A stretch of DNA of 64,000 nucleotides from Eledone cirrhosa. Taxonomy: Eukaryota. The stretch spans positions 11,718,001 to 11,782,000 of the forward strand of contig OZ024757.1 in NCBI GenBank assembly GCA_964016885.1, given 5' to 3'. Every line of letters starts with the position of its first letter. The first letter of the stretch is position 1. The notes under the pieces are model-generated. The model saw only the letters and a list, made by a program, of their open reading frames with translations. It had not been told where the DNA came from and did not search any database. The position numbers were made by a program, and so were the translations under genes. Shown piece after piece: positions 42,805-57,050 of this stretch.

Positions 42805-45800
42805 AAGGACTAGAACTCTTTAATTAGAATGAAATTTTAGTATATATGCAATATTTAATAGAGAAATTGCTTCAACAAGACTAAATTCATTAATATGAGG
42901 GGTATTAGTAATATATATGCCATATTTAATACGTAAATGGCTTCTAAATGCAGAGAACTAACTTATTCGATGGAAATAGTAATGTATATCCAATATTTAA
43001 TACAGAAATGCCTTCTACAAGATTAAAACTCATTAATATGAGGGGTATTTGTAGATTATATGCCATATTTAATACAGAAATGGGTTCTAAAGGACTAGAA
43101 CGTTTTTAATTTGAATCAAACAGTAGTATATATACAATATTTAATACATAAATTTGTTCTACAAGACTAAAACTCATTAATATGAGCGGTATTATTACAT
43201 TATATGCCATATTTAATACAGAAATCGGTTCTAAAGGACTAGAACTCTTTAATTCGAATCAAATAGTAGCATAAATGCAACATTTACTACAGAAATGGCT
43301 TCAACAAGACTAAAAATCATTAATATGAGGGTTATTGTTAGTTTATATGCCATATTTAATACAGAAATGGCTTCTAAATGAAGAAATCTCTTTAATTCGA
43401 TGGAAATAGTAGAGTATATCGAATATTTAATAATGAAATGGCTTCTACAGGACTAAAACTCATTAATACGAGGGGTATTATTAGATTATATGCCATATTT
43501 AATACGGAAATGGCTTCTGAAGGACTAGAACTCTTTAAATCGAATAAAATAGTAGAATATATCATATATTTAATAAAGAATCATCTTCTACAGGATGACA
43601 ACTAATATATTTGGAGGCAATAGAAGTATATATGTAATATTTAATACAGAAATAGCTTCTGCAGAGCTAGACACCAGTAATTTGAAGGAAATAGTAGAGT
43701 ATACACAATATTTAATACAGAAATGGCCTCTAAAATACTAGAACTCTTTAATTTGTTGGAAATAGTAGAGTGTATGCCATATTTAATAAAGAAATGGCTT
43801 CTAAAGCAGTAGAACTATTTAATTTAAAGGCTATTAGTAATATATATGCCATATTTAATACAGAAATGGCTTCTAAAGCACTAGAACTCTTTAATTTTAA
43901 GGAAATAGTACAGTATATGAAATATTCAATACAGAAATCACTGTCAAAGGATTAGAACTAATATATTTGTAGTAAATAGTAGTATATATGTAATATTTAA
44001 TACAGAAATGGCTTCTGAAGCACTAGAACTCTTTAATTTGAAGGATATTAATAGATTTTATGCAATATTTAATATGTAAATAGATTCCACAGGGCTAGAA
44101 CTCCTTAATTCGAGGAAATAGTAGTGTATATGCAATATTTAATACAGAAATAACTTCTATAGGGCTGAAACTAATTAATATGAGGGGCATTAATACATTA
44201 TATGCTATATTTAATACAGAAATAACTTCTACAGTGCTGAAATTCATTAATATGAGGGACATTAATATATTATATGCTATATTTAATACAGAAATTGCCT
44301 GTAAAAGACTAGAAACTTTCAATTCATAGGAAATAGTAGATTATATGCCACATATAATACAGAAATTGCCTCTAAAGGAGTAAAGCTCATTAATTCAAAG
44401 GAAATAGTAGTATATATGCCATACTTAATAAAGAAATGGCTTCTACAGGACTAAAACTCATTGATTTGAAGGATATTAGTAGATTATATGCAACATTTAA
44501 TATAGAAATGGCTTCTAAGGGAGTAAAACTAATATAATTGGAGGAAATAGTAGTTTATATGCCATATTTAATATGGAAATGGCTTCTAAAGCACTAAATC
44601 TCATTAATTTGAGGGAAATAGTAATGCATGTGCAATATTCAATACAGAAATTGCTTCTAAAGGAATAGAACTCTTCGATTCAAACGAAATAGTACAGTAT
44701 ATGCAATATTTAACAGAGAAATAACTTCAACAGAGCTAGAACCCATAAATTTGAAGGAAATAGTAGAGTATACGCAATATTTAATACATAAATTGCTTCT
44801 ACAGTGCTAGAACTCATTAATTTGAACACAATAGTAGTGTATATGTAATATTTGTTATGGAAATTACTTCTATAGGGTTGAAACTCATTAATTTGAAGGG
44901 TATTAGTAGATTATATGCCACATTTAATGCAGAAATGGCCTTCAGAAGACTACAACGCCTCAATTCGAAAGAAATATTAGAGTATATGCTATATTTAATA
45001 AAGAAATGGCTTCTAAAGGAGTAAGATTAATATAATTTGAGGAAATAGTAGTATATATGCCATATTTAATACAGAAATGTCTTCTAAAGGACTAGAATGC
45101 TTTAATTTAAAGGGTATTAGTAGATTATATTCTATACTCAATACGGAAATGGCTTCTAAAGGACTAAAGCTCATTAACTTGAGGGAAATAGTAGTGCATG
45201 TGCAATATTTAATACAGAAATGGCTTCTATAGGAATAGAACTCTTCGAATCGAAGGAAATAGTATTTTATATGCAACATTTAATATAGAAATGGTTTCTA
45301 AAGGGCTAAATCTCATTAATTTGAAGGAAATAGTACATTATATGCAATATTTAATACAGAAATGGCTTCTACAGGACGAAAACTCATTAATTCAAAGGAT
45401 ATTAGTAGATTATATGCAATATTTAATACAGAAATAGCTTCTAAAAGACTAGAACTCCTCAATTCAAAGGAAATAGTAGTATATATGCCATATTTAATAC
45501 AGAAATGGCTGTCAAGAGACTAGAACGAATATATTTGTATATGTGCAATATTTAATTCAGAAAAGTCTAGAAAAGGACTAGAAATGGACTAGAAATTTTA
45601 ATTCAAAGGAAATAGTTCATTATATGCCATATTTAATATGGAAATGGATTCTTGACGACAAGAACTTTTTAATTTGTTGTAGATAGTAGTATGAAAGCAA
45701 TATTTAATACAGAAATGGCTTCTACAGGACTAAAACTTTTTAATTTGAAGAGTATTAATAGATTATATGCAATATTTAATTCATAAATAGCTTTACAGTG

Positions 45801-48800
45801 CTACAACTCATTAATTTGAACGAAATAGTAGTGTCTATGCAATATTTAATACAGAAATAGCTTCTACAGGGCTGAAACTCATTAATTTGAAGGGTATTAC
45901 TAGATTTTATGCTATATTTAATACAGAAATGGCTTCTAAATTACTAGAACTCTTCAATTCGAAGAAAATAGTAGATTATATGTCACATGTAATAAGGAAA
46001 TTGCCTCTAAAGGCGTAAACCTCATAAATTCGAGGGAAATAGTAGTGTATGTGCAATATTTACTTCGAATTAATGAGTTCTCGCCCTGTGGAATCTATTT
46101 ACGTATTAAATATTGCATATAATCTATTAATATCCTTCAAATTAAAGAGTTCTAGTGCTTCAGAAGACATTACATATATACTACTATTTCATGCAAATAT
46201 ATTAGTTCTAGTTTTTTGACAGCCATTTCTGTATTATATATTGCATATACTGTAATATTTCCTTAAAATTAAATAGTTCTAGTGCTTTAGAAGCTATTTC
46301 TGTATTAAATATTGTGTATACTCTACTATTTCCTTCGAATTACTGGTTTCTAAGTATTTGGAAGCTATTTCCGTATTAAATATTACATATATACTTCTGT
46401 TTCCTCCAAATATATTAGTTGTCATCCTGTAGAAGACGTTTCTGTATTAAACATTGCATATACACTACTATTCCCTTCAAATTAATTAGTTCTAGCCCTG
46501 TGGAAGCTATTTACATATTAAAAATTGCATACATACTACTATTTACTACGAATTAATGAGTTCTTGTCCTTAAGAAGCCATTTCCATATTTAATGTGGCA
46601 TATAATGTACTATTTTATTTGAATTAAAATTCCTAGTCCTTTAGAAGCCATTTCTGTATTAAATATTAAACAAAAATTACTATTTCCCTCGAATTAATGA
46701 GATTTAATCCTTTAGAAGCCATTTCCGTATTAAATATGGCATATAATCTATAAGTACCCTTCAAGTTAAAGAGTTCTACTGCTTTATAAGCCACTAGCAT
46801 TAAAGCCCGGCGTTGCTCGGGGTCATTAAGTTACCAAAGTTAGGTTGCACCACCCATTTTATGGCAGCACTTTTTTGTCTGCCAGGCACTGGGTGAATGA
46901 ATTGCAGACCTGGAAGCATGAGCTGCGCCAGCAGTGACAATTGTAGTTTCGCCTATGGATATTATCTCTGTGCAAAAAAGTGTTGAAATTTATTGTTTTA
47001 CAGTACTTGCGCAACACGCGCGTAGACGATGCCAGCCAAGCAACAGAGCTGCGATGGAGTTGTTCTGCATGGTTGTCTGTGTGTTTTCTAAATTCAAGAC
47101 AGTAGGGAGGGTTGTGATATGAGGGAGAGTTAGCTGTTGTTTCTAGCAGATTTAGTGACCTCATAGGGGATATGTGTTTTCTAAATTTAAGACAGTAGGG
47201 AGGGGTGTGATATGGGGGAGAGTTAGCTGCTGTTTCTAGCAGGTTTAATAACCTCATAGAGGATATGTGTTTTCTAAATTTAAGACAGTAGGGAGTGGTG
47301 TGAACGGACAGTATCACCATCAAGCTTGGAAAGAGAAAGTAGCAGAAAGTATGAAGTTGTATAGATTTTGAATGGTAGTATGAAAGTGTTCAGCAGTTTA
47401 AATGAGAGAGAAAAATCGTAAAATATTGAGTTTTATCTATTTTTTGCGTAATTGTGGGTGAAATTGAAAAAATTATCTGCATCAAGACGCAATCGAAACG
47501 ATTTCGAGTGCTGAATTGTAAATTTCAATAGAAGAAATTCTATATCGTAGATTTCTATAACGAAGGAGCATGACCACACACTGAGCTTTATAGATTATGA
47601 TTTCTTTATTAAATATGACATATATACTACTATGTCCCCCAATTATATTAGTTTTACTCCCTTAGAAGCTATTTCTTTATTAAATATTGCATATACTCTA
47701 ATATTTCTTTCAAATTGAAGAGGTTTAGTCGTTTACAGACCATTTCTGTATTAAATATTGCATATAATATAGTAATACCCTTCAAATTAATGAGTTTCAG
47801 CCCCGTAGAAGGCATTTCTGTATTAAATATTGCATATACACTACCATTTCATTTCAATTAATGAGTTCTAGCCCTGTAGAAGCTATTTATATATTAAATA
47901 TTGCATATAATCTACTAATGCTCTTCAAATTAAAGAGTTTTAGTCTTGTAGACGCTATTTCTGTATTAAATTATACTACTATTTCCTACAAATATATTAG
48001 TTCTAGTCCTTTGACAGCCATTACTGTATTAAATATTGCATATACACTACTATTTTGTTTGATTTAATGACTTCTAGCCCTGTAGAAGCTATTTATGTAT
48101 TAAATATTGCATATAATCTTCTAATACTCTTCTAATTAAAGTGTTTTAGTCCTGTAGAAGCCATTTCTGCATTAAATATTGCATACTACTACTATTTACT
48201 ACGAATTAAAGAGTTATTGTCCTTAAGAAGCCATTTCCATATTAAATATGGCATATAATGTACTATTTCCTTCAAATTAAAAGTTCTAGTCATTTAGAAG
48301 CCATTTCTCTATTACATATGGCATATAATCTACTAATATCCTTTGAATTAATGAGTTTTCGTCCTGTACAAGCCATTTCTGTATTAAATATGGCATATAC
48401 ATTAATATTTCTCCTTTGAATCTGAGATTTCTAGTCCTTTAGAAGCCATTTCTGTATTAAATATTGCATATAATGTACTATTTCCTTCGAATTAATGAGT
48501 TTTAGTCCTTTAGAAGCCATTTCTATATTAAATGTTGCATATACTGTACTATTTCCTTCAAATCGAAGAGTTCTAGTCCTTTAGAAGCTTTTTATGTATT
48601 AAATATTACACATATACTACTATTTACCCCCAAATAAATTTGTTCTAGTCCTTTGACAGCCATTTCTGTATTAAATATTGCACATACACTACTATTTCCT
48701 TTGAATTAATGAGGTTTACTCCTTTAGAAGCCATTACATGTGGCATATAATCTACTATTTCCTTCAAATTGAAGAGTTCTAGTCCTTTAGAGGACATTTC

Positions 48801-48855
48801 TGTAGTAAATGTAGCATATAATCTACTAATATCCTTCGAATTAATGAGTTTCAGT
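42805..48855. repeat. 71/72-bp satellite array (~73 units), flips at ~46062 and is interrupted by a Helitron
   Basis: Same unit as 31176-34328. 44990-48855 is a unit-for-unit paralog of that array. Confidence 0.95.
46794..47600 (-). mobile_element. Non-autonomous Helitron, 807 bp
   Basis: The minus strand starts 5'-TC and ends CTAG-3', with the GC-rich hairpin cccgagcaacgccggg about 12 bp from the end. It is inserted between A and T with no TSD. The empty site is at ~33143. Internal ~94-bp tandem repeats lie at 47080-47300. Confidence 0.9.
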
Positions 48856-50079
48856 GACCTGGAACTAAGTAAAAAAAATTCTATTTAGGAAACCGAATGA
48901 TTCTCGGCTTCAGAGTGTACGTGCCTGTATTTGCATACCCATGGCGGGTGTTTCCGCGTATGCATGTGTATGTACGTATATGGAGGCGTGCAGCTATATA
49001 TTTAATTATTGTTGATTTCAATAACCTCTGTAATTTATTTACATTATTCTTAATTCTGAAGCCGAGAATCATTCGGTTTCCTAAATATAATTTTAGTCTA
49101 TGACTTCGGTTATACCATAAACGTGGTTTTGTCTTTGCATGTAATTGTTTTCGCTGCTCCAAATAATGACGTACTATCTTCGTTTTTATCCGTTCTTTGC
49201 CAGGGAACGTCTCAACAAACCAAAATATCGTCTTCTTGTCTTCCTTCTGTTGCAATGTTTTTCGAAATATTTACTTCTGCGTTCACAGATTGATTTTTTT
49301 AGTTTCAGAAGATCACGTTAAGGGTGAAAGCAGTTATTCTTTGCTTAAACTTTAATCTGTTATTTTAATAAATATTTGCTCTACGGTTCTTATATATTTG
49401 ATATATATTTATCCCTATCGAGTCCTCTTTGGATTTTAGTCTTCAAATTTATTATTATTACTATATATATATATCATCATCATCATCAGGTCGAGCTTCC
49501 TCTCCTTTTTAGCTTTCAATAGCTGGATATACACTTGCGGTCGCTACTCAAAACAAGTGAAAGCAGTACTCTGTGTTAGAACGGTTGTGACTCACCGAAA
49601 CATCCAAACAATAGTTGATATGATCGCCTTGCCACTACTAGTATGAACCAAATTCACGGTTACTTGATCACTACTTTATCTACTGATCCGACATCCTTCT
49701 TACCAATATCGTCGTTTAACCCAGTCAGGATTGGTTTGACAGATTGCCTATCAAGGCCAAAGAGCTCTGTCCGCCCTGGCTTTGTAATCAGAATGGTCCC
49801 TCTCCTAAACAGATTGCCGACCAAGGCTACCAAATATACACTATATACTCATTTACACAATTTTTGGATGGCGTTGACACTTATTAGTTCTTCCGCCATT
49901 TGTCAGGTTTTGTTTTTGTCCTGCAGGATGTCCAAAATCACCCTCCTCACCAAGTAAACTTGATGGGGTTGCCAGCTTAGTCGCCAACGACCCAACCATG
50001 TGACAGGTTGTACTGGGTTACATGTTACCAGTAGCACTTCAGAGTGTCCTGACATATATATATATATACATATATATAT

Positions 50080-50320
50080 ATTTAATTTTGGTATGTTTAT
50101 ATACATTTTTTCTTCTAACTTTGATTTTATACCTAATTGTGTATGGTTGACGATATATTTAATCAATTCCCACGTGCTGTTGGAAATGCTGGGTAAATAT
50201 TCTATGGCTGTTTATCTATTATTTCTTCATAGGTGTCTTTTAATCTTATAGCATGGTTTAATTGGTTTTTTGTGTGGTTAATTATGCTGATTGGGAGAGG
50301 AAATGGTGTATATATTTTAT
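50080..50320 (-). pseudogene. Possible degenerate GIY-YIG C-terminus of another PLE; paralog at ~35520-35750
   Basis: ...TAIEYL...TWE.IKYI...KSKLEEKMYINIPKLN resembles the E..I...P.LN ending of PLE endonucleases. The match is weak. Confidence 0.35.
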
Positions 50321-51056
50321 CAAATGTTTCTATGGACATACTTCATTATATATATATATTTATATATTTTTGGAGGCACATGGCTTAGTGGTTAGAGCAT
50401 TGGCCTTGCAATCGGTTGTGAGTTCAATTCTCAGACTTGATGTGTTGTTTCCTTGAGCAAGACACTTTATTTCACATTGCTCAAGTTTACTCAGCTGTAG
50501 CAATGAGATGATAGGGATGGGGTCCACATCATTCCACTGTAAAGTGGTCATGGAGGTACCACGGCAAAACAAAGCACCCAGCCCACACTGTAAAGTGGAC
50601 GTGTAGGTGCCACGGCAAAAAAAGCACCCAGCACTCACTGTAAATGAGGTTGGTGTTAGGAAGGGCATCTAGCTGTAGAAATCAAGCCAGAATCAGTTCC
50701 CGTCCCACCCTTCCTAGCAGGGAAAAGCGGATGTAAAATGATGATGATGATAATGATAATGATGATTTATATTTATATAAAGTTTTTTCGTTTTTTAGAT
50801 AATCTGTGGTTGTGAGTTCAATTTTCACCTCGGATTTTCAGAGGTTAAAATAATTTTAAAGTTATTATTTTTTTGTTATTGCTTTAGTTGCTCAATCGAC
50901 CAGGGCCATGCTGGCACAACACATCCAATATATTATTTTGTTAATATCGGCCCCAGTATATTAAAGGATTTCTACTTTATATTAGTTTTACAAGACTTAG
51001 ATTGTTTTTAAATTTTAGATTGAGGAGGGGCATGGTGCAGAAAAGCTTGGGAACAA

Positions 51057-51094
<38 letters not shown>

Positions 51095-51910
51095 ACATAT
51101 ATATAGATATATAATATATATATATGCGTGTGTGTGCGCGCACGTGTATATATATATATATACACACAAACATGCACATATCCATAAATATATATATATA
51201 TATACGTGTGTGTCCTTTCTGCACCATGCCTCTCCTCAATCTAAAATATGTTTATGTTCCTCTTTAATATAAAAATAAACTCCAAAATATAAACAAACTT
51301 CTCGTAGGTGCTGCCAGATACACGATAACATGTGTAGACGAAGTGTAACTGGAAGTTGGGTCGATTTTTGCGATTAAGTAAGACAAGAGTTATCTTTCTT
51401 GGCAAAAACACCCTGGTTTGTTTACATTAAATTTTCTAGTTTAAAATATTTTCACTGATTTTAAGCCAGAGTTTTTTAATGGCTGCCACTTCCGGTTTGT
51501 GTTGTGCTCTACAGGACAGCAGTAAACCTGCTAGAAATAGCAGTCATAGTAACACATTCACATATATTTATATATCAGGGATTCCCAACGAGTGGTGCAC
51601 GACCCACTGGGGCAATTTGAATATAATACGGGCCAATTAGAAAGTTATATAATACGACCCAACTTCCGTTTACACTTCGTCTACACATGTTATCGTGTAT
51701 CTGGCAGCACCTACGAGAAGTTTGTTTATATTTTGGGGTTTGTTTTTATATTAAACGGGAACTTAAACATATTTTAGATTGAGGAGGGGTATGGTGCAGA
51801 AAGGACACACACGTATATATATATATTTATGGATATGTGCATGTTTGTGTGTATATATGTAATACACGCGCACGAACACGCATATATATATATATTATAT
51901 ATATATATGT

Positions 51911-51973
<63 letters not shown>

Positions 51974-52373
51974 CAGTTGTTCGCAACCTTTTCTGCACCA
52001 TGCCCCTACTCAATCTAAAATTTATTTATGTTCCCCTTTAATATAAAAACAATCCGACTCTTGTAAAACTAATATAAAGTTGAAATCCTATAATATACTG
52101 GGGCCGATATTTACCAGATAATATATTGGATGTGTTGCCCCAGCATGGCCTTGGTCGATTGAGCAACTAAAGCAATAACAAACAAAAAACAAACTTTAAA
52201 ATTATTTTAACGTATGATAATCCAAGGTGAAAATTGAACTCACGACCACAAATTATCTAAAAATTGTATATAAATATGAATATATATAATTATATATATA
52301 TATTATATATAGCAGCCAATCTCACACACATATATATAGATGTCTGTGTGTGTGTTTGGGTGCTCTCTCTCTG

Positions 52374-52404
<31 letters not shown>

Positions 52405-52408
<4 letters not shown>

Positions 52409-52720
52409 TGTTATACTTTGGGAGGCTCATGTTGCCAATAAGAAACACACGCACCAGATTTTTCACTCCAATTTATTATAAATTAACATTTTTTTTAAAA
52501 ATAAATTTCCGGTTCATTGGTTCGTTCCACAACCGGACGGTTGTTCATATATTGTCAAAGTTCTATCGTCACACATTCTGTGACCTCTTCAGTGACTTTC
52601 TTTGTTTTGTGCCTCTCCTTTGTTCTGTCCTACGCCATCTTGTTTTTGTGTGTGTCGTGTGCTTAGTTTGCGCATGTGTTACATCCGGGTGTCTGTGTGT
52701 GATTTTATATTTATTTTTAT
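52405..52720 (-). mobile_element. Family D pseudo-LTR copy with degenerate hammerhead (GAAA changed to GATA); mirror copy at 60600-60915
   Basis: Similar to 15544-15805. Confidence 0.7.
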
Positions 52721-54785
52721 AAGGAAGGCCCAGAACAAGGATGTTAAAATCTACACTCTGTACACAGTAATGTTAGGAAGTCCCTGAACAAGGATATAAA
52801 ATCCTACACTCAGTACACAGTAATGTTAGGAAGGCCCTGAACAAGCATATCCAAATCTACACTTAGTATACAGCAATGTTAGGAAGGCCCTGAACAAGGA
52901 TATTAAATGCTACACTTAATACACAGTAACGTTAGGAAGGCCCTGAACAAGCATATCCAAATCTACACTCAGTACACAGTAATGTCAGGAGGGCCTTGAA
53001 CAATGATACAATATGCTACACTTAGTACACAGTAATGTTAAGAAGGCCCTGAACAAGGATATAAAATGCTACACTTAGTACACAGTAATGTTAAGAAGGC
53101 CCTGAACAAGTATATAAAATACTACACTTAGTACAACGTGGTGTTAGGAAGGCCCTGAACACGGATATAAAATGCTACACTTACAACACAGTGGTGTTAG
53201 GAAGGCCCTGAAAAAGGATATCCATATATAAACTCAGTACACAGTAATGATAGAAAGGCCCTGAACAATGATCCAAATCTACACTTAGTACACAGTAATG
53301 TAAGACAGGCCCTGAACAAGGATATACAATGCTACACATAATACACAGTAATGTTAGGCTGGCCCCGAACAAGGATATAAAATGCTACACTTAGTACACA
53401 GTAATGTTAGGAAGGCCCTGAACAAGGATATCCATATCTACACTTAGTACACAGTAATGTTAGGAAGGCCCTGAACAAGGATATAAAATGTTACACATAG
53501 TACAAAGTAATGGTAGGACGACCCTGAACAAGGATATCAAAATCTATATTGACAACACAGTGGTGTTAGGAAGGACCTGAACAAGGATGTTAAAATCTAC
53601 ACTCAGTACACAATAATGTCGGGAAGGCCCTGAACAAGGATATGAAATGCTTCACTTAGTACAAAGTGGTGTTAGAAAGGCCCTGAACAAGGATATCCAA
53701 ATCTAGACTCAGTACACAGTAATGTTAGGAAGGCCCTGAACTTGGATATAAAATGCTACACTAAGTACACAGTAATGTTAAGAAGGCCCTGAACAAGTAT
53801 ATAAAATACTACACTTAGTACAACGTGGTGTTAGGAAGGCCCTGAACACGGATATAAAATGCTACACTTACAACACAGTGGTGTTAGGAAGGCCCTGAAA
53901 AAGGATATCCATATATAAACTCAGTACACCGTAATGATAGAAAGGCCCTGAACAATGATCCAAATCTACACTTAGTACACAGTAATGTAAGGCAGGCCCT
54001 GAACAAGGATATACAATGCTACACATAATACACAGTAATGTTAGGCAGGCCCTGAACAAGGATATAAAATGCTACACTTAGTACACAGTAATGTTAGGAA
54101 GGCCCTGAACAAGGATATCCATATCTACACTTAGTACACAGTAATGTTAGGAAGGCCCTGAACAAGGATATAAAATGTTACACATAGTACAAAGTAATGG
54201 TAGGACGACCCTGAACAAGGATATCAAAATCTATATTGACAACACAGTGGTGTTAGGAAGGACCTGAACAAGGATGTTAAAATCTACACTTAGTACACAA
54301 TAATGTCAGGAAGGCCCTGAACAAGGATATGAAATGCTTCACTTAGTACAAAGTGGTGTTAGAAAGGCCCTGAACAAGGATATCCAAATCTAGACTCAGT
54401 ACACAGTAATGTTAGGAAGGCCCTGAACTTGGATATAAAATGCTACACTCAGTACACAGTAATGTTATGAAGGCCCTGAACAAGGTTATCCAAATCTACA
54501 CTTAATACACAGTAATGTTAGGAAGGCCCTGAACAAGGATATCCAAATCTACACTTAGTACACAGTAATGTTAGGAAGGTCCTGAACAAGGATATCCAAA
54601 TCTACACTTAGTACACAGTAATGTTAGGAAGGCCCTGAACAAGGATATCCAAATCTACACTTAGTACACAGTAATGTTAGGAAGGCCCTGAACAAGGATA
54701 TCCTAATCTACACTTAGTACACAGTAATGTTAGGAAGGCCCTGAACAAGGATATCCAAATCTACACTTAGTACACAGTTGTGTTG
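52720..54785 (-). repeat. 53-bp satellite array (~39 units) in reverse orientation; further array at 60070-60598(+)
   Basis: Reverse complement of the unit at 39550, with a period of 53 (54541 to 54594). Confidence 0.95.
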
Positions 54786-56990
54786 CAGGCAGGTATGACC
54801 CCATCACTCATTATAAAACCTGGCAGAGTACATCTCCTCTCCAGGTCTTAATAAAACAAACAGAGAATAAGAAAGAGATATAGAGGAAGAATTAACCCCT
54901 AGTATTTGACTGGTACTTTATTATCAACCCCGAATGGAAGAAAAGTAAAGTTGAACTCAGATTAAAGAACTGGAAAAAATAGTACAAAGAATTCTATGTG
55001 ATGTTCTAACAATTTTACCAGATTACCTTATGTATATATATTTGTCTCTAGAGATAAGAAACACTGAAGAAGTTTAGTATGAACCCCTTAGAGTATCTCC
55101 TGAGCAGGATTGAACCCCAGACCAGAACCTCCACCATTTCTCGTATCTCACACCAGACCACCATGAATGCTATAATAATCTACTGCAATTTAATACTTAT
55201 AATCCTACTTTCAAAATAGAAATAAAAATGATGTGGTGTTGGTTATGCCTTTCTTAATGTATTTGGTTTAAAAGGTAGTTAAACCTAAAATTTTAATTTT
55301 CAAATAATTATTGAATAGATACACGCCGTTCTCAATGACATATTGAGAAGAAGCCTGGACGCAGCTGGCTTCCCATCACAACTGGGGCCAACAAGTCCCG
55401 GGGATAGCAAACGCCCCGACGGAATCACTCTCTTCCCATTCGAAGGAGGTAGGTCCCTCATCTGGGACGCCACCAGCTACGACACAATCTCCGCCTCCAA
55501 CTTCGTTTCTAAGTCGTTTCGGTCACAAACCCCGGCATCGCAGCCCACCTTCCAGAAGAACGTAAAATAAACAAATACCGAGGATTATCCAGCCACTTCC
55601 TCTCTGCACCAGTCAACGTCGAGACCCCAGGAGTACTTGGACCTCGTACTACCGAGCTCCTGCAAAAGATCGGAGCGCCAGCGGTCCGTCTGAGGAGGGA
55701 ACCCCGCGAGGTTGGGTGGTTGTTGCATTGGGTATCTCTGGCCATCGTCTGCGAGAATACTTTTGCCGTCTTATCCGTGGGGCGCAGCACTGCTGCCCTC
55801 TTGCCCTAGACCCAAAGCTCAACCACCCTCCCCACTCTTCTGCGACACCGGACCTCTTGCTATCCCCTCTCCTTCCCGTTCTGTTTCTTCTTTCTTTCTC
55901 TCTTCGATTTAATCAACTTTCCCCTCCCCCAAATTACTGGCCTTCCACCTTTACTAGAAACCATCATTATTATTGTTATTCTTACTGTAAATAATATCAT
56001 GTTTATACAGTTTAGATAATAAATAAATTGTTCATTACAAACTTGTTTATATAATTATTAATTCTCAAAATACACACACTCATACGTATATATATACATG
56101 AAAATATTCAGGACCCCGACGGCTGAGCTGTGGCTGTTTCAACAACTATTTTTGGATTCAACAAGCTTAAATTTTTTATAACTGATATAATGCACTCAAC
56201 AGTTTAGTGGAGTAAATACACAATATATTAATAAATGGAAACTATATTTATAAAACCATATTTATTTTATTATACATATGGAGGCACATGGCTTAGTGGT
56301 TAGAGGCATTGGCCTTGCAATCAAAAGGTTGTGAGTTCAATTATCAGACCGGGTGATGTGTTGTTTCTTTGAGCAAGACACTTTATCTCACATTGCTCCA
56401 GTTTACTCAGCTGTAGAAATGAGATGATAGGGACTGGCGTCCACATCATTCCACTGTAAAGTGGTCATGGAGGTACCACGGCAAAACAAAGCACCCAGCC
56501 CACACTGTAAAGTGGACGTGTAGGTGCCACGGCAAAAAAAGCACCCAGCACTCACTGTAAATGAGGTTGGTGTTAGGAAGGGCATCTAGCTGTAGAAATC
56601 AAGCCAGAATCAGTTCCCGTCCCACCCTTGCAAGCAGGGAAAAGCGGATGTAAAATGATGATGATGATGATGATGATTTATATCTATATAAAGTTTTTTT
56701 TCGATTTTTAGATAATCTGTGGTTGTGAGTTCAATTTTCACCTCGGATTTTCAGAGGTTAAAATAATTTTAAAGTTATTATTTTTTTGTCATTGCTTTAG
56801 TTGCTCAATCGACCAGGGCCATGCTGGCACAACACATCCAATATATTATTTTGTTAATATCGTCCCCAGTATATTAAAGGATTTCTACTTTATATTAGTT
56901 TTACAAGACTTAGACTGTTTTTATATTAAAGGGGAACATAAACATATTTTAGATTGAGGAGGGGCATGGTGCAGAAAAGCTTGGGAACAA

Positions 56991-57050
<60 letters not shown>

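Noticed and set aside
46859-47323. 154-aa ORF inside the Helitron as a captured gene
   Set aside because: It is mostly a translation of the internal ~94-bp repeats and has no recognisable domain.
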